DNA of 62,305 nt, filler included, from Sphacelaria rigidula (lineage: Eukaryota), in NCBI GenBank assembly GCA_964200075.2. It is 5 parts of 5 records of this genome, joined end to end, with 100 filler letters (N's around TTAATTAATTAA, not from the genome) between each part and the next. Parts side by side here need not be neighbours in the genome. Positions count along the whole stretch, not along the records: positions 37,447 to 49,827 come from CAXNAA020003838.1; positions 49,928 to 62,305 come from CAXNAA020003839.1; 3 more parts are not named here. One strand, written 5' to 3'. Made by a program: the position numbers and the translations under genes. Within the stretch, counting starts at the first letter, position 1. The number at the start of each line of letters is the position of its first letter. Shown here piece after piece: positions 37,700-50,000 of the stretch. The notes beneath the pieces were generated by a model. The model was not told where the DNA came from. It worked only from the letters and a program-made list of their open reading frames with translations, and made no database searches.

Positions 37700-38800
37700 G
37701 TCAGGTCGCGGAGGGTGTCCGCCACCTTTCCCGCGGACCTCGGGCATATATTCGAGATAGTCTTCAGCAGTTGTTTCTGACGTGATGCTTAGGGTTATCC
37801 CGCTTGACCTTCCTGGCGATGAGCTGTGCGATGAGCTCACGTATGTCAATGTCAGACGTCACTGCTCGCCTTTATATAGGTTTGCGTCTTGTGGGGGCTC
37901 ACCGATTTCCCTTGACTGTAATTTGCGAAGGAGCCGCACTGTGACGCACACGATACTGTTTCTTCAGGTACGGCGAGTTGGCGGTTTGAGGTAGGCAGGG
38001 AGATTTCGAGCAAGCCAGCGGTGGGCTGGCCATCTGCTCATAATTCAATACGTTCGTTGTTAACAGGACGGCTCACCAAAACGTTTGAACTTTCGCCGCG
38101 TGCCCTCCTTGGAGGTGGTGAAAAGCGAAAGGGCTCGACAAGCCTCGGTTGTCATCTAGATGCCGTTACGATGCGACGTCATCGCTGCCGCTGGCCTTAA
38201 AGTCCGTTCCGTATTACTCTCCTACTTTACGATCCTCCTCTCCTGCCCTTAACCCAATCCAATTTTGATCGTCTATCAAAACGAACAGGTTGTCATGTTT
38301 GGGAATTTGGCGTTCAGTCCTGCCTACCTGTGTCCAGAACATGTCTCTCTCTTTTCTCGACGGTAGTCTTTGGAGAAGGCAACTACAAGTTTTACAGCAT
38401 TCTATGTACCTAAACAATTGAAAAACCATCGACATGAAGCGCTCGCTGATGAAGGCCTGTCGGTGTCCGCACAGCCTTGCTGATGGCCTATTTGTTGACC
38501 GCTAAGCCAACCTTGTGTTGGCCAATTCTTCCCTCACCGCTTTCCACTCCGTGGCAGGGGACGCGATATTCCGCCGCAGGTGACTCAATTTTGCCTGGTC
38601 GATGTGTTTGATGTCGTCCTATGACGTCACACGCTATCGCTTTGCTTCTCCTGTTGAGTCCTCCACGGCATGTTATAGCCACGCGAGGAAGGCGAATGCT
38701 CTTGCGTGGCTGCTAGGTAAACTGTTCACTCAGTACCCAGATGCGCAAGGCATCGCTCCGATCATCGTCTCTCGCCCTTGCGGGTGCCATGGGGATGAAC
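37700..38800 (-). mobile_element. Highly decayed LINE endonuclease region
   Basis: Minus-strand KERDMFWTQV..QIPKHDNLFVLIDDQNWIG..EDRKVGE*YG resembles the C-terminal half of a LINE AP-endonuclease (degraded GDxN motif); boundaries approximate. Confidence 0.5.
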
Positions 38801-41800
38801 CTGTACCAGGGTTTGCTCTTGTTATTATAGCCGCGGTCGCGGTGCGGTCGCGGACATTACTATAGACGGAAGCCCCGAAAGTAGCTGGTGTAACTGCGAC
38901 TAGTATTTGGGGGGTAAAAATTGGAGGACGTAGTGAAGAAACATGGAATGTTTCGAGATTTCTCCCTCTATGGGTGTTCTTCGTGGCTGTGGCTTTCATC
39001 TCATGTACGCTGTATGTACCGTCGTTCGTCTTGTTATTTCCCCCGCACAATTGATGCAAAATCGCATATCAGATTCTGCCTTGGCTGAAATACAACCCTC
39101 TTGCGAGGTGGCTGCTGGGGCTGTCTCTTCTGCTACAGACCGCCAATGAGATCTTCAGGGCCTTTTCTCACGGGAAAGACGTCGCCAATCGAAGTGGAGG
39201 TATGCATATGGGCATGTACGTATTTTCGTCACACCACGTACTCTTGTTCACACCCGCGGTTGAAAAATGAAGTTCCCCAGATGTTAACATTGAAGTCCAA
39301 GCATCACAATTACTCCTCAGGTGGAAAGTACGCCGTTGATCAGTTGTAAACGCGAAGTGTGCCTGTTCGTGTTGTGTTCCTTTCCATTGACTGATGTCGT
39401 TGAGGACCTTTCAGTTCCATGATTTTGTGTCGACATGTGTGCGTCCTGCAAATGCCGGACGTCACATCTTTTTGGTGTACTTTTCTAATCGCTTTTCCCC
39501 TGTGGTGCTCATTCCTGGCTGTTCCGAGGTGAGGTTCTTATCATACCCGTGCATGAAAAGTAACCGAAATACGCCGGTTTAAATGACCCACGGATAGACA
39601 TGGGCTATCATTTTTATCTCTGTATCAAAATATTTTTGAGCCGAGAAATGATCTCTAGTTCTCCCAGTGGCTGCAGCAGCAGATGTTAGGTGCGCCATGC
39701 TTCAGACGACTCATTGTTATTTGCCACGATGCGATGGCTGCACCCACTCGGCTCCTGTTGTGAGATTCGAGATGGAGGTATCACTCTTTCGTGCTCAGTA
39801 GCAGCCTACGAGTAAATGCTGCCGCGCTCTGATGATCCGCATAGTTCAGCAATCTTTTCGACAGTCCCGTGTGACGAGCCCCGTGCATGTTGTGACGTGC
39901 GTGCACAGAGTCTTGTGCTCGTTTGCCTGTTGTTCACCATTGATTTTTAATATTCCAACGTATCACAAGCGAATGGAGGGAACTGCAGAGATCAGCCGGT
40001 TGACAATGACGCGTGTCATTGTCGGAGGTTAGCTCGCGAGGATGGAGAACCTCTCCGTGGGTCACGGAGTATGTCGTGTGGGCCGATATGAGAAGCCAAG
40101 CTCGATTAGTTTCGTTGAAACGGCGCCAAGCAACCCGCCGAACACGTGCTTCAATCTGAAATATCCCGTCAAACGTTGTGTAGTATGACGTATAGCTGTT
40201 CTATGAAGGGCATCCTAAGGCAGTGCGGAGCCTTGCGCATCAGGGCTTCGCGCTTCCTACCGGATCATGACGAATTATTGAAAATGTTGTTAGAAATGGC
40301 ACAGGGAGCTGAAAGCCGAAAGCAGCCTGATGAAGGGTGTGATCGTCCCGGTGAAAGCTGCCGTTCGCAACCTCTCCTGCACGGGTGTCAACGGAACACT
40401 GCCAAACTGGGGGCGATTTGTGCCGCATCCAAGGAGCCCTCCTGGTTTACCTCTTGTTCTGACGGGTGCTTGCTCGGGACGTCGATATATATATATATAT
40501 ATCATACAAACAAATCGGGTGTTGCGGACATACTCGCGAGTTCTAGGCATCCTCGAAGAGCGCAAATCGTCCCTGTTTCGACATGCTTGTGGAGGATAGT
40601 TCACACCTTCGTCTCTACACTCAGGGCAATGCTGCCAAACCTGTCGCAAGCTGCTCCTGACTCGAGTGATCTCTGACACCCCGCTGACTGTTTCGCCGGC
40701 TTCTCGGCGTGCTCGTTTTGCACCACGAGAAAGTCGGAGTTTCGGAATTCTGCAGTATTTTTTCAAGGAGTTAGCTGCGGATCTCATGGGTATTTTGTAG
40801 ATGCTTGTCAGGATTTCCCATTCCCATCTCAACACCGAGCGCAACGCCACTGAACTGTTGGTGATGTGCTCCCGCCTTATATTCTGTTCTGGCGCACTAA
40901 GTCCTTTTTCGCTGGCTCTTGGGTGTGCATACGAAACGGAAGGGGCTTCGCAGCAGCCACCACAGGAAGCAAGCTGACCGTTTTTTTTTTCTGGTCACAT
41001 GTGCCGATGGTAACCACCCGTGGGTGCTGTGTTTTTACTACTGTAGCCTGTGAGACCTGCCAAGCGTGACTGTTGAAGATGATGACTGCAGTCGTCTCTC
41101 TTGCGTGCATCATGCCCTGACTGTACTGTCCAGCGCTGCACTGCTCTGTGGGAGGTAGACCGCAGCGTTGTGAAAGGTATATATTCTCTAGAGTTGTGAA
41201 CTGGCTGTCAGTTTAACTGACCAGTTACAGTTAACCGGTACAACTGCTGAACGGATCGGTTTTGTAAGCAGTTGAATCAGCTATTTCACCCGACATATGT
41301 GTCATACTTCAAAATATTCTGTATACTTTGGGTGGATACTGCGACGCGTGCCCCTCGACCTTTTCAGTGAAGTACCGTATCTTCAAACACAAAGTTAGCC
41401 CCAGAAAATCCGGGTGCTCGTGTTACTTCTACCTGAAAGGTGCGCTTAGATGGGATCTGATCTTCGCGGCAGATTATACCTCAAAATTCCCCAGCGTATG
41501 ATTCCGTCCATCACTTGATGTCTAAGCTTCTCCTCATTTGCAACGTCCTATCTCTTGTCCCGTTGTTTCCTAAGCGGTTTCATCAACTTTGGTATACTCA
41601 ACTGTTAATTTTTTTTTGAATATCGCATTTCTTGCTAATTTTGATCCCCAAAACTGGGTTGACCTTGATCCCTGAAATGCCATAACTTTTGTCTTATATG
41701 CTCTGTAAACTCTCATCTATTTTCACCGCTTGACCCGTACTATCGACGCATCCACGCACAGGAGAAGCGGAGGAGTCGTCGGGGGAGGCAGGAATGATGG

Positions 41801-42544
41801 GATCTAGTCCGCGGGTGGGGTTGGTCAGCGGTCTACTGAAAGCCATCTCGCCAGAGCACGAGCAACACCTAGAGTTCATGAAGTGAGAAACTACAAAAAA
41901 CGGTAGTGGTATTTAGCCGTGTAGGCACACCTCCTCCTACCGCGCGTCAAGCGTCCCATACGGTTTCCCTTGAAACCAGGGACAGCACAAGGCATATGAT
42001 TAGGGGTAGACCCAATCCACTATCGCCATGCGTCGACCATGGACTCGAGATTACGAACCGGGAGAAAACCGAGCTACACCAGAAGCCAAGAACATGGCAC
42101 ACCCATACCTTGTTGTTGCGACTGCGGATGCGTCCGTTTACTTGACGCATGCCTCGCTGTGGACGATTTACGATTGTGCTGTGTGCCGATGATATTGCTC
42201 TCAAGATCCCTGAATGGGACTCGGTCCTGGGGGCTATTTATCGTGCTGAATGAATTCTCGAGGTTTTAAGCTCTGCTGTCGCGAAATATTCAAACATATG
42301 TTTCACCCCCCATACAAAACTGTTGGTGTCCCAAAAAAATCATAGGCGGTTGGAATCGTTACGAACCAATCGATTTCCTCTTCATGTTTGTAGATATAAT
42401 CCCCCTTCACTCCAAGAGACAAAATAATGGAATACTTGAACATCCCAGTGCTTGGGATGTCGTGTCGCACGGGCGCGCTAGTGGTGGTGGGGGAGGACTG
42501 GTTGTTTCACGGACGGAGGAGTCGGTCTGATCCGCCGCTTGAGA

Positions 42545-42608
42545 CATGGCATATTCGTGGCATGCTATGGTTATCGGTTCAGGAGGCAAATTGCTCAAGT
42601 AGTGTTTG

Positions 42609-42660
<52 letters not shown>

Positions 42661-42664
42661 TAGT

Positions 42665-42705
<41 letters not shown>

Positions 42706-43025
42706 CATTAATAATGGTAATGGTAATAGTAATAGTAATAGTAATAGTAATAGTAATAGTGATATTTTTGTTATTATGAGTTTTAGTTTTAGTTTTAGTT
42801 TTAGTTTCAGTTTATCTTGTTTTATTTTATTTTATTTTATTTTCATTATTTCATCAAATCTTGGTCCACTACGTCGTTCTGTTCGACTTTTTCTGTTCCT
42901 TCTTTTTCTTCAGCAAGTGTTAAAGTTTTTTTTCTCATGGGTACGTCTATCGTGTGACCACGGCTGGATCTCTGCGGGGTCAGTTTAAGTGCGACATTCA
43001 ATCATTCAATTAATCATTCAATCAA
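42545..43025 (+). mobile_element. LINE 3' end containing compound microsatellite (AGT)n(ATT)n(AATAGT)n(TTTTAG)n
   Basis: GGGTACGTCTATCGTGTGACCACGGCTG..GGGTCAGTTTAAGTGCGACA with (TCAA)n tail; reverse complement homolog at ~56365-56440. Confidence 0.65.
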
Positions 43026-43266
43026 ACAGGGGCAGAGAGTGAAAGGTGAGTGCAAACGCGGTTACCAAATTGCTGGCCGCAAGAACCACATTCGCCCAGT
43101 TGGTATATACCCCGGGTGTCTTGCAGTGCTCGGTAGTACTAATACCCGGTCTCTCGAGTAGCTGCTTCCCCTTTTCTCCACCTTCGTTTTTGTCTGGTGG
43201 CGATGGTATCCCCCTTCCCTTGTTGGTGTTTTGCCATCCTGTGATTCATTTCAATTCCGTTCTCAG

Positions 43267-43339
43267 GCTGAACGACCGGTTCGACAAGGACGTGGAAGCC
43301 TTAGCGGTTGCTTCGCGGTCCAAGGCCGAACAAGCGGCG
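43267..43339 (+). CDS. Probable internal exon of an unidentified gene
   Basis: ttctcag| and |gtgagt; LNDRFDKDVEALAVASRSKAEQAA; a phase-compatible 16-bp micro-exon candidate lies at 43030-43045. Confidence 0.5.
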
Positions 43340-44036
43340 GTGAGTATGTCGTGTATGGAGAGGATAATTCCCAGTACGTCGGGATGTTTTTCTGTGGCAT
43401 TTTTTCTGATTTTTATGATTCTCCCTTACTTTTGTTTTTTTCATTCATCATTTTTTTAATGGTGTTGCCCACTTTCCCCCTCTCCCCTTTTCCCCCCCTG
43501 GTGGGACACTCATGAGGCGTTCAACCCGTGGATGTCTCTCTAAGTGGCGATACCAGAAAATGAAGTCACTCGTTGGAGGCTGTCATCCAAATGCAAGATA
43601 ATCAGTGTGATTCAGGCCGAACAATTTTAGCAGGGTGCATTCAGCTCAGCTTTCATGCGACTCGCCGAGCGCATCACGGCGCTTTGCGCTTGGTGATCGA
43701 TCGCGAGCCTGGTCCGGCGAGAACCCGGCGTGCTTCCTCCCCGCTTTGTAGGGATGCGAGGTCAATGTTCTGATGACTACGGCATGCAAGATCAAGAGTA
43801 CACCTTCTCCCCCTCTTCATTAACCCCCCTCGGACGAGTCCTCTTAATTGATCTCAAGGTTTTATCTCGACCGCCCACCGGCGCTTGTCTCACATGCTTT
43901 GTTTGAAAACAATCAGCGCCCGCGCAGCCCGTCGACATCCATGCGAACATATTGCCAATGCCCGTGCTCACGTTTCCGGAAGGCTGAAGCCAAGGTAAAG
44001 ATTTTTTTCGCACACGGAAGCCCAAGATAAAGATAT

Positions 44037-44575
44037 CCAAGGTTGCGTTCTGTAAAATACGGGTACGTTCTGTAGGGTATGATATTCGTTACAGAACTTA
44101 CAGAACTATCGGGTACCGTTATAAAATTCTCACAGAAATTACAGAACTTGTCGGGTACGGTATGGGGGGCTTACAGAAAACCGGAACCGGCAATCGTGTA
44201 ACTCTTTTAGGGTATACCCGCCCCTCGGGTCAGGGTAACGTTTTGTACAGAAATCACAGAACTGTCGGGTAAGGGTATGGGAGGCTTACAGAACTCACAG
44301 AAACTGTCGGGTACGGTATGGAGGTTGCACAGAGAACCATACCCGCAACTGGGTATCTTTACCAGAGCATACCCGTGCCCCCTGGTAACGGTACGGGAGG
44401 CCTATAGAACTCACAGGAATATCGGGTACGGGTATCAAGGTCTTACGGAGATTACAGAACTGTCGGGTACCGGTATGGAAATCTTACAGAATGTACAGCA
44501 CTGTCGGGTACGGTCAACACCCGGCAAAATACCCCGGGTATACAGAAAATCGTGCCCTACAAAACAAGACCTTGG
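44037..44575. mobile_element. MITE with CCAAGGT..ACCTTGG TIRs and internal ACAGAACTGTCGGGTACGG repeats
   Basis: TIRs visible, TAT on both flanks; related copy at 45207-45685. Confidence 0.7.
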
Positions 44576-45206
44576 TATTATCATCACCCCTATGGATGCC
44601 CTACGTCACTACAACATGGGCGAAATACAGGTGATAGTTCACGAAAACTCTGAACGGCTTCACGGGGTTGATGGAGAAAGACTACACGAACAATCGCAGT
44701 AGTACATGTTCGCGGGGTGTCAACATCTGTCGGCTTCACGTACACTCCCGAAGAGTACATGAAGGGCATTGACCGCTGCCCGTTCTCTGGAAGCCCTTTG
44801 GCACCCGGCAAAATCGCCGACGGCCTTGACGAATATCAGTGGCAGCTCATACTCCGTGCGGTACATGTCGATAACGGCCTGGGGTTTGATGACCACGACA
44901 CCACCACCATCGACGTCGATGACGTGCGTCTTGCTACTTGATCCTCTGGTGGCGCAGATGAACCGCCCCCGATCGAACCACCTCTCGAGTCTGGTGGCGG
45001 CCCATCCTGACGGTCTGCAGGGCTGCTCATGTTTCGTGTTTCCACTCAGCGGTACCTTGTATCCCGTTAGATCCCAAACAAAAAAACTTTCCAACATTGA
45101 ATTATTGTTGGTGAGCAGTTTTGAATGAAGTTGTTGAGTTGATCGATGGGAGGTACATGTATAGGTCATGGGGTTGTGTTTGGATTGAGCCTATATCCGT
45201 GCCTCT

Positions 45207-45685
45207 CCAAGGTATATACCTGTGCTCATACCTGCAATCGGGTGTATCTATAACGGTATACCCTAACCCCGGGTAGGGGTATGGGAGGCTCACAGAGCAG
45301 ACTGTCGGGTGTCGGGATTGGATGAAAGTCTTACAGAAATCACAGAACTGGTTGGGCACGGTATGGGAAGCTTACAGAAAACCGGTACCGGCAATCGGGT
45401 ATTTTTTCAAGAGCACACCCGCGCTCCGGGTACGGGTAAACATTCTGTAAAGAACTCATAGACCTGTCGGGTAAGGGTATGGAAGGCCCGAATCAGGTAT
45501 ATTATCAAGAGCGTGCCCGTACCCCCCGGTAACGGTACGGGAGGCTTACAGAACTCACACCTATCGGGTAAGGGTATGAAAGTCTTACAGAGATTACAGA
45601 ACTCACAGAACTGTCGGGTACGGTAAATACCCGGCAAAATACCCTGGGTATACAGAAAACCATACCCTACAGAACACAACCTTGA
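45207..45685. mobile_element. Second copy of the CCAAGGT MITE family
   Basis: Shares ACAGAACTGTCGGGTA repeats and the 3' end CCCGGCAAAATACCC..CAACCTTG. Confidence 0.65.
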
Positions 45686-46221
45686 AGATATCTGCCATCG
45701 GGATTCGGACCTACCTTCCAAGGCAGCGTTGACCCATGAGTGCGACCATCAGGGTGGGTCGTGTGTACTACTAACAGGTCTCCCAAATGTGACCATCAGG
45801 GGATGCTGTGGTGCGGGGGCTCCGCGTACCGACACCCCGTATCCTCATGCCCCGCGCACCTTCCGACTTGTACGTGCGTTCAATGTCTACAACTAATAAA
45901 TACCCCACACAGGCGTTTTCTCGCTCGTCGTCGAGCCGCTGATGAAGCAACAACTTGTGGAAGAAGTCCGCCAACTTCATGGAACCTGAACAAATATGCA
46001 AACATGGTCATGTGCATGTGTCCCATGTTAACGAACAACCCGCCCCTGTATAAAAACACTTTTGCTTGTCTCCCGGCCTCCAGTGAAAAGCAAGAGGTCA
46101 TGACACCGGCCAGAATATTTCCTGAACCTACGCGCACAGGTTTCACATCTCAGAAAAATGACCTCATCGCTATTTGTTTCACTGTATGCGTATACTGTGG
46201 GCTGTCTTGGCTCGGGGGGTG

Positions 46222-46584
46222 TTGAGTTGTCATCCCATCCATTCTGGACGCCAGTCGACAACTTTTGGCACATGTGGGTGTGTCAGCCGGGGTCACAGGA
46301 GGGCAGTCACCACAGAAGTCTTTTCCTTTTTCAGTTATTTTAGTACCCCACTCCACTTCCCCCCTGCGGTGCTCGCCTATTTTTATTTTAACAATAATGG
46401 TTCAGCGGTCTCTCTCACTCGTCAACCGCGGAGCCGAATATTTTTGTACCCACAACCTGGTCGCTCTCCACTGTTGGGCATGGCGTGAGAAGAAGTCTCA
46501 GCACGTGTGACTTGCTCGATATTTAATCCCACCACTCAACCGTCAGAAGGTTTGCAGACTAGCGACTGAGCCACCGGGGCGACC
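46222..46584 (-). mobile_element. SINE family 1 copy
   Basis: Homologous to 28731-29084 (GTCATCCCATCCATTCTGG..CCGGGGTCAC..CCACTGTTGGGCATGG..CCACCGGGGCG). Confidence 0.78.
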
Positions 46585-49057
46585 GAATTGATCAACTAAT
46601 AGACGGAAGATGAAATCCATGCGATCGTGAACGAGTGACTATAAACCGATAACACTTTTATCTGTAAACCGCTCGTTTCTCGGCATGTAACGCCGTGGAC
46701 AAATCACGCGAAGCCACTTCAAATCAACGAACCAATGCAGCGGTGAAGTAAGTCCTCGTCATCTCACCATTCGATCTTATCTGCATGTCACCATCCAACA
46801 CGGGTCGGATACAACAGCTGCTGGTGGAGGGAGCCGCTCAGGATTCAAGGATGCTCGGCGCCAGCGTGCTGAAGGCTTTCATCGGTCGCGGCGGTCCCAC
46901 CGCTGGAGCCAAATCGCCAACTGACGTGAGGGTCGTTTTTATCGTACCGTCTTGAGGAAGTGCCATGATTCATATATAGTGTTGATTTTTTTTTCCCTGG
47001 CGGCATCATCGCCGGCCGACACATGTACTCCTTCTTCTCTTCGGCGCACTTGATATACCGCGTGTGTGTTTCAGACACTGCAAGCAAGTCCCGTTCCATG
47101 TCTGCTCTTTTTCCGTCGCTGCTTGACGTGTGGGGATCGCTGGACGCTTCAATCGCGTAGCTCCTCCGGCAGTTTTCCATTTGTAGTGCTGTCGGTATCA
47201 GGGCGCACCCCCGCACACGTCGACAACAAAAGATGTTTCTGTGCGCAACCACATGGGCGTTCTCACGGTGCTTGTGCAGCACGGCACAGTATTGAATGTA
47301 CATATACACGACACTATTCATCAATATATATATATATATATATACATACCGCCTGTAAAAATATTCGAAAAATTGTATGACACAGCTGCAATTCTGCCGA
47401 GTTCAGAACGCTGTCGCAGCACTGAAAAACTGAAGAACACCGACGGGACCCTCGTCGCCGTGGGCCTTTGCTTGGCGGATTTTTTGTCCTACAGGAGTGC
47501 ACTCGAGAACCAGCAAAAGAGTCATGCAGCGAATCATCATGCATAGACGAAACGTTTATTCCCGTCTTGTCTGAACCGACCATGTACTGCACTCCTTGTA
47601 GGAAATAGTGCACGGTTAGGACGAATCAGAGTTCATACGAATTGACTCCCCATGAAATGGAAGGGTTCTACCTGTAAATTGTTGGTCCCGCTGAGTCGAG
47701 GGTGGATAACACATATGCAGTACAGGCATCTTGCGCGCGTTACAGATGGGAGACACGTACGCGTGATTCAGGGCCCATGCCTTGGGAGGATTCAACCTGT
47801 ATAAATTTTTGGTCCCACATTAACTCGAAGGTGGGAAAAAAAATACGGGCCCTCACCTCGAACGACTTGGTCAAGTAAGTTGTACATGACGTTCCCGCCT
47901 CATAATGGTAAAAAGTGCGTGGCATGTACAATCGATTCATTCAGATTGCAGTACAGGGGACGACAGGTATCTTTGACACGTACTGCACGACTCACGAACT
48001 GAAAATCTGTATCAATTACAAATGATGTACGAATCGTATGATTTATTCGTTGGAAAGGCGATGAGTTGAATCACGATTTTATTCGTCCTATCGGTTAAAT
48101 AGTGTAATTGCGCACCCGGTGGATGGGTTGTCCAGGCCCGATGCATTTTTTAGAGCTGCCTCGTACTTCGACGTGATCTTATTTGCTGGAGGATTTTGAC
48201 GAGATATTGCCCAAGGACACAACACGGAGGGGCGTGTCCACCATAGTTGTGGACGAAGCCCCTCAGAAATCGCATGAGAGGAGCTCGTGAAGACGGCGCA
48301 ACTCGTGCGGAAATTCTTCCGAATCTGCATGTTTTACGTAATGCAAGTTGCGTCGCGGGCAGTCCAACGAACATTTGTTGGAAGTGTCGTTGTGTAACTG
48401 GTGAAACTGATGCACTGGGGTCGTTTTTGACGCCAAATTTATCCGAACACGATGTTTCAATACTGAAACAAAATAGTTGAGCTGTTTGTGCCTTCCATGC
48501 CGACTTTGCGCAAGAGCCGAAATGTTCCGGCCGATTTCTTGGCGTAAGACTTTGAATGTTTCCGCCAAATTTACTCGAACACGATGTGTCAACACTGAAA
48601 AAAGTAATTGAGCTGTTTGTGCCGTTCATGCCGACTTTGCACAAGAGCCCAAATGTTCACGCCGATTATTGGAGTAAGACTCTGAATGTTTACATACATA
48701 TACTACGGAGCAAATCGATTTTTTCAACGAGCGTTTTTAAGTGTGTGGCCTCACGCAAGGCACGTTTCGAGACCGGGCAAGAGCAACCGTACTTGGGCGT
48801 CTACTTATTATGCTAGTACGGGATCTGTATGCATGTGACCCACCACTATTTCCAAGATGAACGATTGTTTCAGACCCCGTACTAGCATAATGAGTAGAAA
48901 CCTAACCGCACTGCGTACAGAGCCTCCTCCTGTACGGGGAAGACGGGAAACAAAAGGTCATGGTTGCCGTCCTTGCCCTCTCCCCTACACTCCTCTACAC
49001 ACACGCACACTGATTATTTTAACCACTTCACTGTGCTGCCATACTGGTTTACAACAG

Positions 49058-49408
49058 ACGGTGAGAACTGAAAAGGAAGGCAAGACCGAAAAGAGGCGAC
49101 GGAGGTCCCGGAGGAGGCACAAATCCACGGCATCAGACCCCTCCATCCCTGCTCCCACCACTATCACTGATGCCACAAGCGGTACTGTTACTGCTGCAAC
49201 GAATACTAGTGTTCCTGATTTTGCGGCATCGGGCGACACAGAGCCTGAGAGCGTGACAATGCCCGCTGAGGAGGCGATGGGGGATGGCAACGGAGTGGAG
49301 AGTGTGCGTTCCGATAGCAACAGGGTTGATGGTGGTGTCAGCGGTGGCGACGCTGTTGGGAAAGGAAGCAACAGCACGGATGTTTCGGAGGGGAAGAAAG
49401 TGCGGAAG
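49058..49408 (+). CDS. Probable internal exon encoding a low-complexity, basic (NLS-like) segment
   Basis: aacag| and AAG|gtagat; 351 bp open frame TVRTEKEGKTEKRRRRSRRRHKS...EGKKVRK. Confidence 0.55.
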
Positions 49409-49827
49409 GTAGATGAATATGTGTTGAGCATAATTTGCTCGCTTACTCGCTTGCTTGCTTGAATGTGTCTGAGAGGAAGAAAGTGCGGAAGGTGGATAAA
49501 TATGCGTCCCGCACTTTTGCTTGCTTGCTCACATGCGTACATATTCACATGCTTTCATACGTGCGTGACTTTTTTTTTCACGTAAGGTTTTCCGATTTGC
49601 AAATATGTAGAGGCCGGATCCTAGACCCAAGAATCGCTGTGATATACGACCGAATGTCCGTTGTGTTTTCAAGACTAGGTCGATGGTTGAAGGTGAATTC
49701 CTCGGTGGACACCTGTGGGGATTGTCCCCCCTTTTCCTTATAGTAACTATATCATCCCCCCCCCCCCCCCCCCCCCCCCCCCCCACGGCCACACCGCACG
49801 CTCCTGCCGCAGGGGGACCGTCATTGG

Positions 49828-49927
49828 NNNNNNNNNNNNNNNNNNNNNNNNNNNNNNNNNNNNNNNNNNNNTTAATTAATTAANNNNNNNNNNNNNNNNN
49901 NNNNNNNNNNNNNNNNNNNNNNNNNNN
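49828..49927. other. Artificial contig spacer
   Basis: N44-TTAATTAATTAA-N44. Confidence 0.98.
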
Positions 49928-50000
49928 TCTAGAATCGTTAGGAGCCCCTGAACCAGACAAAATTTCGCGAAAAAAGTGCACCCCTACCGTAGCATTGCTC
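49928..50000. mobile_element. Right end of a GAG..CTC MITE at contig start
   Basis: TCTAGAATCGTTAGGAGCCCCTGAACCAGAC..GTGCACCCCTACCGTAGCATTGCTC, same as 61323-61395. Confidence 0.85.

Noticed and set aside
39600..41100. Cys-rich decayed ORF pieces as a KDZ-type or other transposase
   Set aside because: No diagnostic motif could be recognised
42539..42988. ORF with poly-Ser/Ile/Asn
   Set aside because: Translation of a compound microsatellite in a LINE tail
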